From the NCBI GenBank assembly GCA_944383375.1, contig CALWPG010000003.1:339-64338 (forward strand): DNA of 64,000 bases, in the 5' to 3' direction. Position 1 is the first letter of the stretch. Each line of letters begins with the position of its first letter. The notes below the pieces were generated by a model, which did not search any database, was not told the origin of the DNA, and saw only the letters and a list, made by a program, of their open reading frames with translations. Positions 18,142-26,426 of this stretch are shown piece by piece. This DNA is from an uncultured Clostridia bacterium (GTDB lineage: Bacteria > Bacillota > Clostridia > Christensenellales > UBA1242). Both the position numbers and the translations under genes were made by a program.

Positions 18142-18843
18142 ATGATTCAAATATTAAAAAATTTATTTGAAAAATATGATATAAATTACACAGATGATAT
18201 GCTCTTAAAACTACAAAAATATTATGAATTAGTTATTGAAAAAAATCAGGTCATGAATTTAACAAGAATTGTTGAAAAAAATGACTTTGCAATAAAAAAC
18301 ATACTTGACAGTGTATTGCCAATAAATATGATAACACTCAATGCAACGGTGGTTGATGTGGGAACGGGCGCAGGCTTGCCAGGTATACCACTTAAAATAT
18401 TGCGTCCAGATATAAAAATAACACTCGTAGATAGTCTTCAAAAAAGAGTTAATTTTTTAAAAAATGTATGTGAAAAATTGCAATTAAAGGATGTTATCTG
18501 CATTCATGCAAGAGTTGAGGATTTTTGTAAGATAAATAGAGAAAAATTCGATTTTTCCGTTTCCAGAGCTGTTGCAAAACTCAACACTTTATGTGAATAT
18601 TGCTTACCACTTACAAAGATTGGTGGAAAAATGATTGCATACAAGAGTTTAAAAGCTGAAGAAGAACTTGCCGATGCCAAAAATGCCATTGCTGTTTTGG
18701 GTGGAAAATTAGAAAATATTCAAAATATTATTATTAAAGAAGAAAATAGCATAAGAACCAATATTATTATTAAAAAAATAAATAAATGCCCACAAAATTA
18801 CCCAAGATCAAAAAATTTACCAAAAATAGAGCCAATATTATAA
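18142..18843 (+). CDS. rsmG: 16S rRNA (guanine527-N7)-methyltransferase RsmG
   Basis: SAM motif VVDVGTGAGLPGIPLKI; follows mnmG. Confidence 0.92.
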   Translation: MIQILKNLFEKYDINYTDDMLLKLQKYYELVIEKNQVMNLTRIVEKNDFAIKNILDSVLPINMITLNATVVDVGTGAGLPGIPLKILRPDIKITLVDSLQKRVNFLKNVCEKLQLKDVICIHARVEDFCKINREKFDFSVSRAVAKLNTLCEYCLPLTKIGGKMIAYKSLKAEEELADAKNAIAVLGGKLENIQNIIIKEENSIRTNIIIKKINKCPQNYPRSKNLPKIEPIL

Positions 18844-18961
18844 AAAAATTGCATTGTGTAATTTTTTTATACATTATTGATTTTGCAATGATTGTTTTTT
18901 TATTGATTTTTTGACAATTTATGATATAATTAATTATACAAAATACTATATTGGAGAAAAT

Positions 18962-19783
18962 ATGGGTAAAATTATTGCTTTTGCCAATCAAAAAGGTGGA
19001 GTAGGGAAAACCACAACTTGCGTAAACGTTGCTGCATATATGGCAGCAATGGACAAAAAAGTTCTTTTGATTGATATGGACCCACAGGGAAATGCTACCA
19101 GTGGCGTCGGTATAGAAAAAAATAACGAACTAAAAACCCTTTATAATGTAATTGATAAAGAGGTTATGATTGATGAGGTCATTTTGCCAACTTGCATTTA
19201 TGGTCTTGATGTTATACCTTCCACTGTCGACCTTGCAGGTGCCGAGATTGATCTCGTCCAAATCCCATCCAGAGAACATGTAGTTAAAAAAGCTATTGAT
19301 AGAATAAAAGATAAATATGATTTCATTTTGATTGATTGCCCTCCTTCTTTGGGACTTTTGACAGTCAATGCCCTAACTGCAGCTGATTCGGTTATTATTC
19401 CAATTCAATGTGAATTTTTCGCTTTGGAAGGGTTGACTCAGCTTATGAACACTATTAGGCTTATAATCCATCATTTAAATCCACAATTAAAAATTGAAGG
19501 CGTTGTTTTAACAATGAAGGATAATAGATCCAATTTGGTGGCGCAAGTTAGTGAAGAAGTACATAAATTTTTTAGTACAAAGGTATATAACACCTTTATT
19601 CCAAGAAACATTCGCCTGGCAGAGGCGCCAAGTCATGGTCTACCAATACTCTTGTACGACACATCGTCCAAAGGAGCAAATGCTTATCAAAGTTTAGCTG
19701 AAGAAATCTTAGATCGAAACAAGGTTAGTTATAAAAAAATAACTAAAAACACAAAAATCAAATTAAGGAGTGAATTACAATGA
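18962..19783 (+). CDS. parA: Chromosome partitioning ATPase ParA/Soj
   Basis: Deviant Walker A NQKGGVGKTT. Start moved to ATG 18962 (RBS GGAG). Confidence 0.93.
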   Translation: MGKIIAFANQKGGVGKTTTCVNVAAYMAAMDKKVLLIDMDPQGNATSGVGIEKNNELKTLYNVIDKEVMIDEVILPTCIYGLDVIPSTVDLAGAEIDLVQIPSREHVVKKAIDRIKDKYDFILIDCPPSLGLLTVNALTAADSVIIPIQCEFFALEGLTQLMNTIRLIIHHLNPQLKIEGVVLTMKDNRSNLVAQVSEEVHKFFSTKVYNTFIPRNIRLAEAPSHGLPILLYDTSSKGANAYQSLAEEILDRNKVSYKKITKNTKIKLRSELQ

Positions 19784-20739
19784 CACAAAAGAAAATGGGG
19801 CTAGGCAAAGGTCTTGGAGCATTGCTCTCCATATATGATGAAGAAGTTGCCGACATTGAAAACAAGGATAACTCTGGCGAAAATAAAAAAGAAACAATAA
19901 ATGTAAATGCCAATGGAGTCAATGAGATTGCACTAAACGAAATTCATGCAAATCCAAACCAACCTAGAAAGAATTTTGATGAAGAAGCTTTAAATGAACT
20001 AGCGGCTTCAATAAGAACTCACGGTGTAATTCAGCCTATTGTTGTAAATAAAGACAATGATGGTTATCTCATCATCGCGGGAGAAAGAAGATGGAGAGCG
20101 GCAAAGATAGCAGGACTTGACACCATACCTTGCATAATAAAAAATTATACAGAAAGACAGATAAAAGAAATATCAATAATCGAGAATCTACAAAGAGAGG
20201 ATTTAAATCCAATAGAGGCAGCAAGGGCGATCAGGCAACTCATGGACGAATATAACTTCACTCAAGAAACGGTGGCTGATAGAATTGGTATAAGCCGTCC
20301 CAACATTGCAAACACATTGAGATTGTTGTCGCTTTCACCTGAAGTTATAAAATTGGTTGAAGAAAACAAATTAACGGCAGGCCATGCTAGATGTTTAGTT
20401 GTGATCACTGATCCAAAGGCACAACTTAAATTTGCAATGGCGGCTTGTGGTGGGAAAATCACTGTAAGGGATCTTGAAAGACTTGTAAAACAGTATCTCA
20501 ATCCAAATGGCAGAAGTAAAAATAAACCACCAGAACAAAGCATGGAGTTAAAAGAACTTATTGATGAGATGCAAAGAGTATTCGCGACCAAGGTATCGGC
20601 AATTGGAAGCGATAGAAAAGGCAGGATTTATATAGATTATTACTCACGTGACGATTTGGATAGAATAGCAGAGCTATTGCAAATATTAAAAACCAAAACC
20701 TTAACCTTAAAGGATCTAAGAGAATTTAATAAAAAATAA
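19780..20739 (+). CDS. parB: Chromosome partitioning protein ParB/Spo0J
   Basis: ParB box IIAGERRWRAA and HTH FTQETVADRIGISRPNIANTLRLL. Confidence 0.93.
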   Translation: MTQKKMGLGKGLGALLSIYDEEVADIENKDNSGENKKETINVNANGVNEIALNEIHANPNQPRKNFDEEALNELAASIRTHGVIQPIVVNKDNDGYLIIAGERRWRAAKIAGLDTIPCIIKNYTERQIKEISIIENLQREDLNPIEAARAIRQLMDEYNFTQETVADRIGISRPNIANTLRLLSLSPEVIKLVEENKLTAGHARCLVVITDPKAQLKFAMAACGGKITVRDLERLVKQYLNPNGRSKNKPPEQSMELKELIDEMQRVFATKVSAIGSDRKGRIYIDYYSRDDLDRIAELLQILKTKTLTLKDLREFNKK

Positions 20740-20743
20740 ATAG

Positions 20744-20771
20744 AAATCCTCGGATAAATCGAGGATTTTTT
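20744..20771 (+). terminator. Intrinsic terminator after parB
   Basis: AAATCCTCG-GATAAA-TCGAGGATTT followed by a T run. Confidence 0.8.
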
Positions 20772-20779
20772 ATGTTGAG

Positions 20780-20885
20780 TTATCCACAGTGATGACTGTA
20801 AAAATGAAAAAATCAATCATTAAAACTGATGAATTCTGTTAAGATTGGATGCATTTATCCACAAAACACCATTGAATGTGGATAA
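20780..20885. promoter_or_regulatory. Cluster of three perfect DnaA boxes
   Basis: TTATCCACA at 20780-20788 and 20855-20863; TGTGGATAA at 20877-20885. Confidence 0.8.
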
Positions 20886-20902
20886 CTTTGTGTAAAACCT
20901 TA

Positions 20903-20918
20903 TGTTTCACGTGAAACA
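20903..20918. promoter_or_regulatory. parS site, perfect palindrome TGTTTCACGTGAAACA
   Basis: Matches the Firmicute parS consensus TGTTNCACGTGAAACA. Confidence 0.85.
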
Positions 20919-20981
20919 CACGGGAAACAAGCATTTTTGAAAAAGAAAAACTGAACAATCTATTTGTATTTGTCTACATGA

Positions 20982-20997
20982 GTGTTTCACGTGAAAT
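20982..20997. promoter_or_regulatory. parS site (TGTTTCACGTGAAAtA, 1 mismatch)
   Basis: Second copy, 79 bp from the first. Confidence 0.75.
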
Positions 20998-21039
20998 ATT
21001 GTAAAATAAAACAATCTACAATGGTTATGATATAGTAAA

Positions 21040-21055
21040 TTGTTTCATGTGAAAC
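21040..21055. promoter_or_regulatory. parS site (TGTTTCAtGTGAAACA, 1 mismatch)
   Basis: Third copy, 58 bp from the second. Confidence 0.7.
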
Positions 21056-21237
21056 AATTTATAATAAAACAAAAAAATGCTTTCAAAATAGCATTTTTTT
21101 GTTATGAGTAATTGCTCATAAAAAAATATAATAATCTTTCTAAACCAATTTTTTTAATAGTCCATTTTTGTTTAATAATTTATTATATTTTTGATTGATT
21201 TTGAATAAATAAAAGGGATTATTGTAATAATCAAATC
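21056..21237. other. AT-rich tract with two small hairpins next to the DnaA-box/parS cluster (possible unwinding region)
   Basis: About 180 bp of almost pure A/T, with hairpins AAAAAAATGCTTTCAAAATAGCATTTTTTT and TTATGAGTAATTGCTCATAA. Confidence 0.35.
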
Positions 21238-21861
21238 GTGTGGATTGATGTTACCATTATTTTAGTTCTATGTATTAGTTCTGCTTTTGGATTTAAACGT
21301 GGTATGTTGATATCATTATTTTCAATAATGACTTTTTTCTTATCTATTTACCTAACTTATTTAATCTTACCATATGCAACTAATTTTCTTATTGAAACAT
21401 TATCTATTGATAAATTGCAATCAACTCTGGTTGAAAATAATAGTATATTAAATTCTTTCATCAACAGTGATAACTTACTGTTGCAGTTCGTAAAAAATTT
21501 GCTTCATATCAATGAAACAACTATGATGACAACAGTTGTTGAATTTATTTGTAATACTGTAATGTTTATTCTTTTAACATTTATAATTAGAAAAATTTTA
21601 TCTTTTGCGTGCAAAAAACTTTCTCTATTTATAAAAAAAATATTTATATTAGGAAGTTTCGACAGACTATGTGGCTTATTGTTTGGATTCTTAAAAGGCA
21701 TCGTATTTATTTCAATAATATGCTTTGTTATAAACGGACTTAGTGAATTTGATGCATTTGCTCCAATATTTAACACTCAAATAGAAATGTCCAGTTTATT
21801 TCCTGTTTTTAAAAATGGAACAAGCTATATTATTAGCACATTTGTTGGTCTATTTGGTTGA
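21238..21861 (+). CDS. cvpA: CvpA-family membrane protein
   Basis: N-terminus WIDVTIILVLCISSAFGFKRGML and 4-5 TM segments; GTG start. Confidence 0.7.
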   Translation: MWIDVTIILVLCISSAFGFKRGMLISLFSIMTFFLSIYLTYLILPYATNFLIETLSIDKLQSTLVENNSILNSFINSDNLLLQFVKNLLHINETTMMTTVVEFICNTVMFILLTFIIRKILSFACKKLSLFIKKIFILGSFDRLCGLLFGFLKGIVFISIICFVINGLSEFDAFAPIFNTQIEMSSLFPVFKNGTSYIISTFVGLFG

Positions 21862-21952
21862 TCGTTTTTTCTTATTCAGAAATTTGTACGACAGATGATT
21901 GATCATTATATTATTTTCATAATATCACGTGCATAATAATTGCATAAAAAAT

Positions 21953-21974
21953 GTAGTTATATTTAAATAACTAC
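21953..21974. terminator. Bidirectional hairpin terminator between cvpA and the convergent oxidoreductase gene
   Basis: GTAGTTAT-ATTTAA-ATAACTAC flanked by A5 and T4. Confidence 0.6.
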
Positions 21975-21982
21975 TTTTATAT

Positions 21983-23050
21983 TTATTTTAAATTTATTAC
22001 ATTAGTTCTGTATTCTGGTAAATTAAATTTCTCCGTTGTTATGAATCCAGACGGAGCCTCAATAACATCTGGAATCCTATTCACAATACTAGCGCAAGTT
22101 AATTCCACGGTGCTTGGTTTGTTGACGACAATTGTTGTTGTAGGTTCGCCGACAATTGTCCATTCATTGCTATCAAATTCATCACTAGCATATACTTTAC
22201 CAATACATTGTGTTTCAAGTAAAACGCCCTCTTCGGTCTCTGATGTTACCACTGCGCTCATACCTGTAGCCATGCCCTTTTTCACATCCATACCAAGCGT
22301 GGTTGAATGCAAATCTTCTTTAGCAATCTGTGGAACGCACTTTTGAGATTGATGTGTTATATGAAGTCCAAGTTTGCTTGCAAGCCATCCGTTTACATTC
22401 CACATATAACTTGGCGCATAATCTCCATTTTCAATAATTTGTTGTCTTTCTTCATCACTAATTCTATCTGCAGAAGCAACTGTTTCATCAAATTCTTCAA
22501 GAGAAAGTCCTGCGCCATGAGCTCTTGCTAGAGCAATTCCATAATCTTCAACATTGTAGCTGCTTTTTCCCATAATTTTTGTGATTTTATGAGTAGATCC
22601 CGCAATACTTGCAATCAAATTGCCCCAGTATATGTCTTGATACCCACTTCCTGTGATTGTGCAATTAGTTTGTTTACACAGAGAGTCCAGTTTATCAAAA
22701 AGTGTAGGATTTGAGTTTTGAGGATAAAACGCTTCTTCACAGGTAGTGATTGCGTTGACTCCATATTTTGCGCAAAGATAGAGACTTTCATATACATCTT
22801 TGAACAAGCTCATTGTTGTAACAATACAAATATCCGGTTTTTTATGTAACAAAAATGATTCGAAGTCTTTGCTGTCTGAAATTTTTATACCGTATGACTT
22901 TTCAATTTCCATAATATCGGCTATGTCAATGCCAATTTTTTGTGGGTTGTTATCAAAGGCCCCCACAATTTCCCAACCTTTTTCAAGTACATACCTCATG
23001 GTGTATTTGCTCATTTTTCCAACACCATATTGTGCAACCTTAATTTTCAT
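21983..23050 (-). CDS. DapB-like NAD(P)-binding oxidoreductase (amine dehydrogenase / 2,4-diaminopentanoate dehydrogenase-like family)
   Basis: N-terminal Rossmann MKIKVAQYGVGKMSKY. Start moved to ATG 23050 (RBS AAGGAGG). Family assignment is from memory of the fold pattern only. Confidence 0.55.
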   Translation of the reverse strand: MKIKVAQYGVGKMSKYTMRYVLEKGWEIVGAFDNNPQKIGIDIADIMEIEKSYGIKISDSKDFESFLLHKKPDICIVTTMSLFKDVYESLYLCAKYGVNAITTCEEAFYPQNSNPTLFDKLDSLCKQTNCTITGSGYQDIYWGNLIASIAGSTHKITKIMGKSSYNVEDYGIALARAHGAGLSLEEFDETVASADRISDEERQQIIENGDYAPSYMWNVNGWLASKLGLHITHQSQKCVPQIAKEDLHSTTLGMDVKKGMATGMSAVVTSETEEGVLLETQCIGKVYASDEFDSNEWTIVGEPTTTIVVNKPSTVELTCASIVNRIPDVIEAPSGFITTEKFNLPEYRTNVINLK

Positions 23051-23247
23051 ATAAATTCCTCCTTCACTTATATTGTGCAATAAAACTTATAAAACTCAAA
23101 ATAATTTATAAAATTTTTTTAAAAAGAAAAAAGAAAAAACGCAAAATTTTACACCTTACATTTTTTCTTTGTTTCAAAAATTTATCAAAAAACATCAAAA
23201 AATTATGTTTTTTTTGTTAAAAATGGTATTTTTATGTATTTTTCTTA

Positions 23248-23418
23248 TTAGAACAATCTATTTTGGCAACAGCAACTTCCTAGGTTGTTATTTGTATTTC
23301 CTGCCAAGGTGAGCAGCAGCAACAACAATATATTAGTATTTGTTGCTAAATCAGTGCCGGTGGCTGATGCTAGAATTCCGATAAGCATTATCAACAATAC
23401 TTCTTGTGAAAAATTCAT
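23248..23418 (-). CDS. Unlisted 56-aa hydrophobic peptide with C-terminal GSCCCQNRLF
   Basis: Hand translation MNFSQEVLLIMLIGILASATGTDLATNTNILLLLLLTLAGNTNNNLGSCCCQNRLF. Strong RBS GAAGGAGG 8 nt upstream of the ATG. Divergent from the ArsR gene. Confidence 0.55.
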   Translation of the reverse strand: MNFSQEVLLIMLIGILASATGTDLATNTNILLLLLLTLAGNTNNNLGSCCCQNRLF

Positions 23419-23557
23419 ATAAAAACCTCCTTCAACAAAATTAGTTTTTTTTTGATGTTTTCAGTCAAAAAACACTAAAATTTTTTTATTTTCTTTTTGC
23501 ATGATTTGCTATAATTACTTCGCAAAGTTTTTTTATGAAAACATTCTGTGTTTATAT

Positions 23558-23926
23558 ATGACACAAAAAAAACAATTGTTACAATTTGGAGGTAAAGTGG
23601 AATATTTAATTTTATCACAAAAATCCAAGGCTAAAATACTCAAGTATCTACCAACAAACAAAGATATTGAAAAGTTGGCATTATATTTTCAAAACTTTTG
23701 TGATGCGACCAGACTTAAAATAATGTCATGTCTTGCTATGTGTGATATGTGTGTGAGTGATCTTTCAACAGTTCTTGGAATAAATCAAACAACTGTATCC
23801 CATCAATTAAAATATTTAAAGACGCAGGGGATAGTTTCATGCGTTCGCGATGGAAAAATAATAGTCTATTCTTTAAATGAAAAAAAGGTCAACGATATAA
23901 TGTACTTGGCAGTGTCCAACAGTTAG
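23558..23926 (+). CDS. ArsR/SmtB-family metalloregulator
   Basis: DATRLKIMSCLAMCDMCVSDLSTVLGINQTTVSHQLKYLKTQGIV (wHTH with a Cys pair in alpha-3). Start ambiguous: ATG 23558, or GTG 23597 behind GGAGG. Confidence 0.8.
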   Translation: MTQKKQLLQFGGKVEYLILSQKSKAKILKYLPTNKDIEKLALYFQNFCDATRLKIMSCLAMCDMCVSDLSTVLGINQTTVSHQLKYLKTQGIVSCVRDGKIIVYSLNEKKVNDIMYLAVSNS

Positions 23927-23971
23927 TTGACATTTCCATCATTTATAATTAAAATTAATGCCAGAGGATGT

Positions 23972-24652
23972 ATGGAAAAAGGGAAATTAATTGTAATTGA
24001 AGGAACTGATTGCTCTGGTAAACAAACTCAAAGTGACTTGCTTGTTGACGCATTGAAATCTCGAGGAATTGCTGTAAAAAAATATCAATTTCCAAACTAC
24101 GCAAGCCCAACCGGAAAAATAATTGCAGGACCATATCTTGGAAAAGAGGGCTATTGCAAAGGATATTTTAGTGAAGGAGCAACAAATGTTGACCCACGCG
24201 TCGCCAGTCTTTATTTTGCTGCAGATAGAAAGTACAACATAAAAGAAATCCAGGACATGTTAAATGCCGGAACAAATGTTGTGGTGGATAGATATGTTGA
24301 TTCTAATTTTGCTCATCAGGGCTCTAAGATATATGATGACTTTGAAAGAGAAAAATTATTTAGATTTTTGGAAGTATTAGAATATGATCTTTTGCAATTA
24401 CCAAAGCCAGATATAACTATATTTTTACATATGCCTTCAGAGGTGGCAAAAGAGTTGCAAAAGGCAAGAAAAGAAAAGCCCGACCAACATGAGATGGACG
24501 AGCAGTTCTTAAAGAATAGTGAAAAGACGTACTTGAGTTTGTGTTATAGGCATAACTATATAAAGATCTCGTGTGTTTCTGAGCAAGGACTTAAGAGTGT
24601 TGATGATATTCATCTTGAAATTTTGGATAAAATACTAAGCGAGCTTTCTTAA
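23972..24652 (+). CDS. tmk: Thymidylate kinase
   Basis: P-loop IVIEGTDCSGKQTQ. Start moved to ATG 23972. Confidence 0.88.
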   Translation: MEKGKLIVIEGTDCSGKQTQSDLLVDALKSRGIAVKKYQFPNYASPTGKIIAGPYLGKEGYCKGYFSEGATNVDPRVASLYFAADRKYNIKEIQDMLNAGTNVVVDRYVDSNFAHQGSKIYDDFEREKLFRFLEVLEYDLLQLPKPDITIFLHMPSEVAKELQKARKEKPDQHEMDEQFLKNSEKTYLSLCYRHNYIKISCVSEQGLKSVDDIHLEILDKILSELS

Positions 24653-25596
24653 TTACAATATGACGGTTTATTTGGTGCGATCTCTTGATCAATTATGTTT
24701 ACAAACAGTTCTTGATAGGCACTAACATTGAGAGACACACCTTTTTTAATGGAATAATTTTCAGTTCTTTCAACTTTTCGAATGTAAAGTGTTTCTTTTT
24801 CTATGTAATATGTTAGGCTTAAGTTATCGTAAGATAAACTATCAAGCCCACCTTCCGCTTTTGCGTTTTTAAGGTACTTATCCGGGATCATGGATACATC
24901 ATAGACAACTGAGATTATGTAATATTTTGCGTTTGTAGATCTATCAAATTTAACCAGTCTTGAGTTTGATTTATCGGCACGAATGTAAAATATATCATAT
25001 GCAAGTGCGTCGTATTTTTCTATTATTGTTTCTTTTGAAGTCACTTCTTGTTCAATTGTGTTACTCCAATTTGGAATTCTGTCACTTGAATATGATGAAG
25101 TTTTTTTGTACTCGACATTTTCACCGTTGTCATCACTGTAAAAGTATCTATAATAATTTTGTCCCATACTTGAAGTGCATGATGCGAAAGTTTCTTTAAA
25201 GTAAAAGTCACCCGACAGTGTCGCAACTTCATATACAGATTGCGTTGCACTACCCATACCGAGAATGTCGGTAATCGCCGTCATTGTACTTGTGGTTTTG
25301 TAGCCCTTACAGCTGTCAAGCAAGGCAAAAGCATCTTCAAGACACTTAAATGCATTACTGTATATTTGAACAGGTGGTTTTTCCTCGCTTGGTTCATCAC
25401 CACTCTCATCACCCGTTTCATCGCCAGGGTTTGGCTCAATTTGATCCTCGATATCATCTGCCCCAGTTGAAGGAGGTATGACCGTTTCAACTGGTGTATT
25501 TTGTTTATATATCGAATAACCTGCAGATAGGGCTATCAAGAAAATGCTAACGAGAATAAGCGAAAAAACTTGAATAAAAGTTTTGTTTTTTTTCAT
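24649..25596 (-). CDS. Membrane-anchored hypothetical protein with acidic linker
   Basis: N-terminal TM FIQVFSLILVSIFLIALSAG followed by a D/E/P/G-rich stretch. No family recognised. Confidence 0.6.
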   Translation of the reverse strand: MKKNKTFIQVFSLILVSIFLIALSAGYSIYKQNTPVETVIPPSTGADDIEDQIEPNPGDETGDESGDEPSEEKPPVQIYSNAFKCLEDAFALLDSCKGYKTTSTMTAITDILGMGSATQSVYEVATLSGDFYFKETFASCTSSMGQNYYRYFYSDDNGENVEYKKTSSYSSDRIPNWSNTIEQEVTSKETIIEKYDALAYDIFYIRADKSNSRLVKFDRSTNAKYYIISVVYDVSMIPDKYLKNAKAEGGLDSLSYDNLSLTYYIEKETLYIRKVERTENYSIKKGVSLNVSAYQELFVNIIDQEIAPNKPSYCN

Positions 25597-25758
25597 ATTT
25601 CTTTTTTCCTTTACTTTTTACCTATCAAAAATTATCATATTATATACGTTTATGTCAATAATTTAATAAAAATGAAACAAAAAAAATATAATAATTGTGT
25701 ATAATAATTGGAAAAAATCAAACTTATATGTTATAATTAAGGCAAATTAGGAGAGGAA

Positions 25759-26223
25759 ATGGATAAAAGAAAAATTCAATTGGGATTAATTTTTGCAATT
25801 ATAGTTGTGACATACAATATCGTTTTGTTTTTGGTGGCTCAAAACTTGCACACGTCTTTTTGGGTGTCATATATTTTCATTATGATTTCAATACTTTCAT
25901 GCGTTATTTCATTTTTCTTTGTATCAAACGAAAAGAGGAAAAAGCAAGTTGTTGGCATGCCAGTAACTGTGCTTTCTGTGCTGTATTTTGTTTGTGAGTT
26001 TATTATGGGAACAATATTTATGTTCTTTGATGTGTCATTTGCGGCAGTGTTTGTTCCACAGTTTGTGCTTTGTGCATTGTTCTTGATTTGTTTTATTCCA
26101 GCACTTATGAGCCCTAAAAATTATAAAACTGCAAAGCAAGAAATTCAAAAAACAAGCACACAAGATACTTTACCAAATGAAAATGATGCAAACAATCAAC
26201 AATCTAAAGATGTTGAAAAATAA
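25759..26223 (+). CDS. Small multi-pass membrane protein, unknown function
   Basis: Four hydrophobic segments; RBS AGGAGAGG. Confidence 0.6.
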   Translation: MDKRKIQLGLIFAIIVVTYNIVLFLVAQNLHTSFWVSYIFIMISILSCVISFFFVSNEKRKKQVVGMPVTVLSVLYFVCEFIMGTIFMFFDVSFAAVFVPQFVLCALFLICFIPALMSPKNYKTAKQEIQKTSTQDTLPNENDANNQQSKDVEK

Positions 26224-26248
26224 AGCCTTTTGTGCTCCAGGCTTAAAA

Positions 26249-26284
26249 TGTCTGACTTTCCGAGTGGCTTTGCCACAAGGAATT
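26249..26284 (+). repeat. Solo degenerate copy of the dispersed repeat unit, followed by T8 (terminator-like)
   Basis: tgtctgacTTTCCGAGTGGCTTTGCCACAAGGAATT with inner hairpin GTGGC-TTT-GCCAC. Compare the unit at 45516-45549. Confidence 0.55.
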
Positions 26285-26426
26285 TTTTTTGCAAAATATG
26301 TTAGTTTTTGCTTATTTGAAAGTAAATAAATTTTATTTCAATATATCGACAAAAATACATCATAAAACAAAAATTATTGCTATTTGATTTTTTCATTTTG
26401 CGTTTATGCTTGCAATGAGGTGAAAA

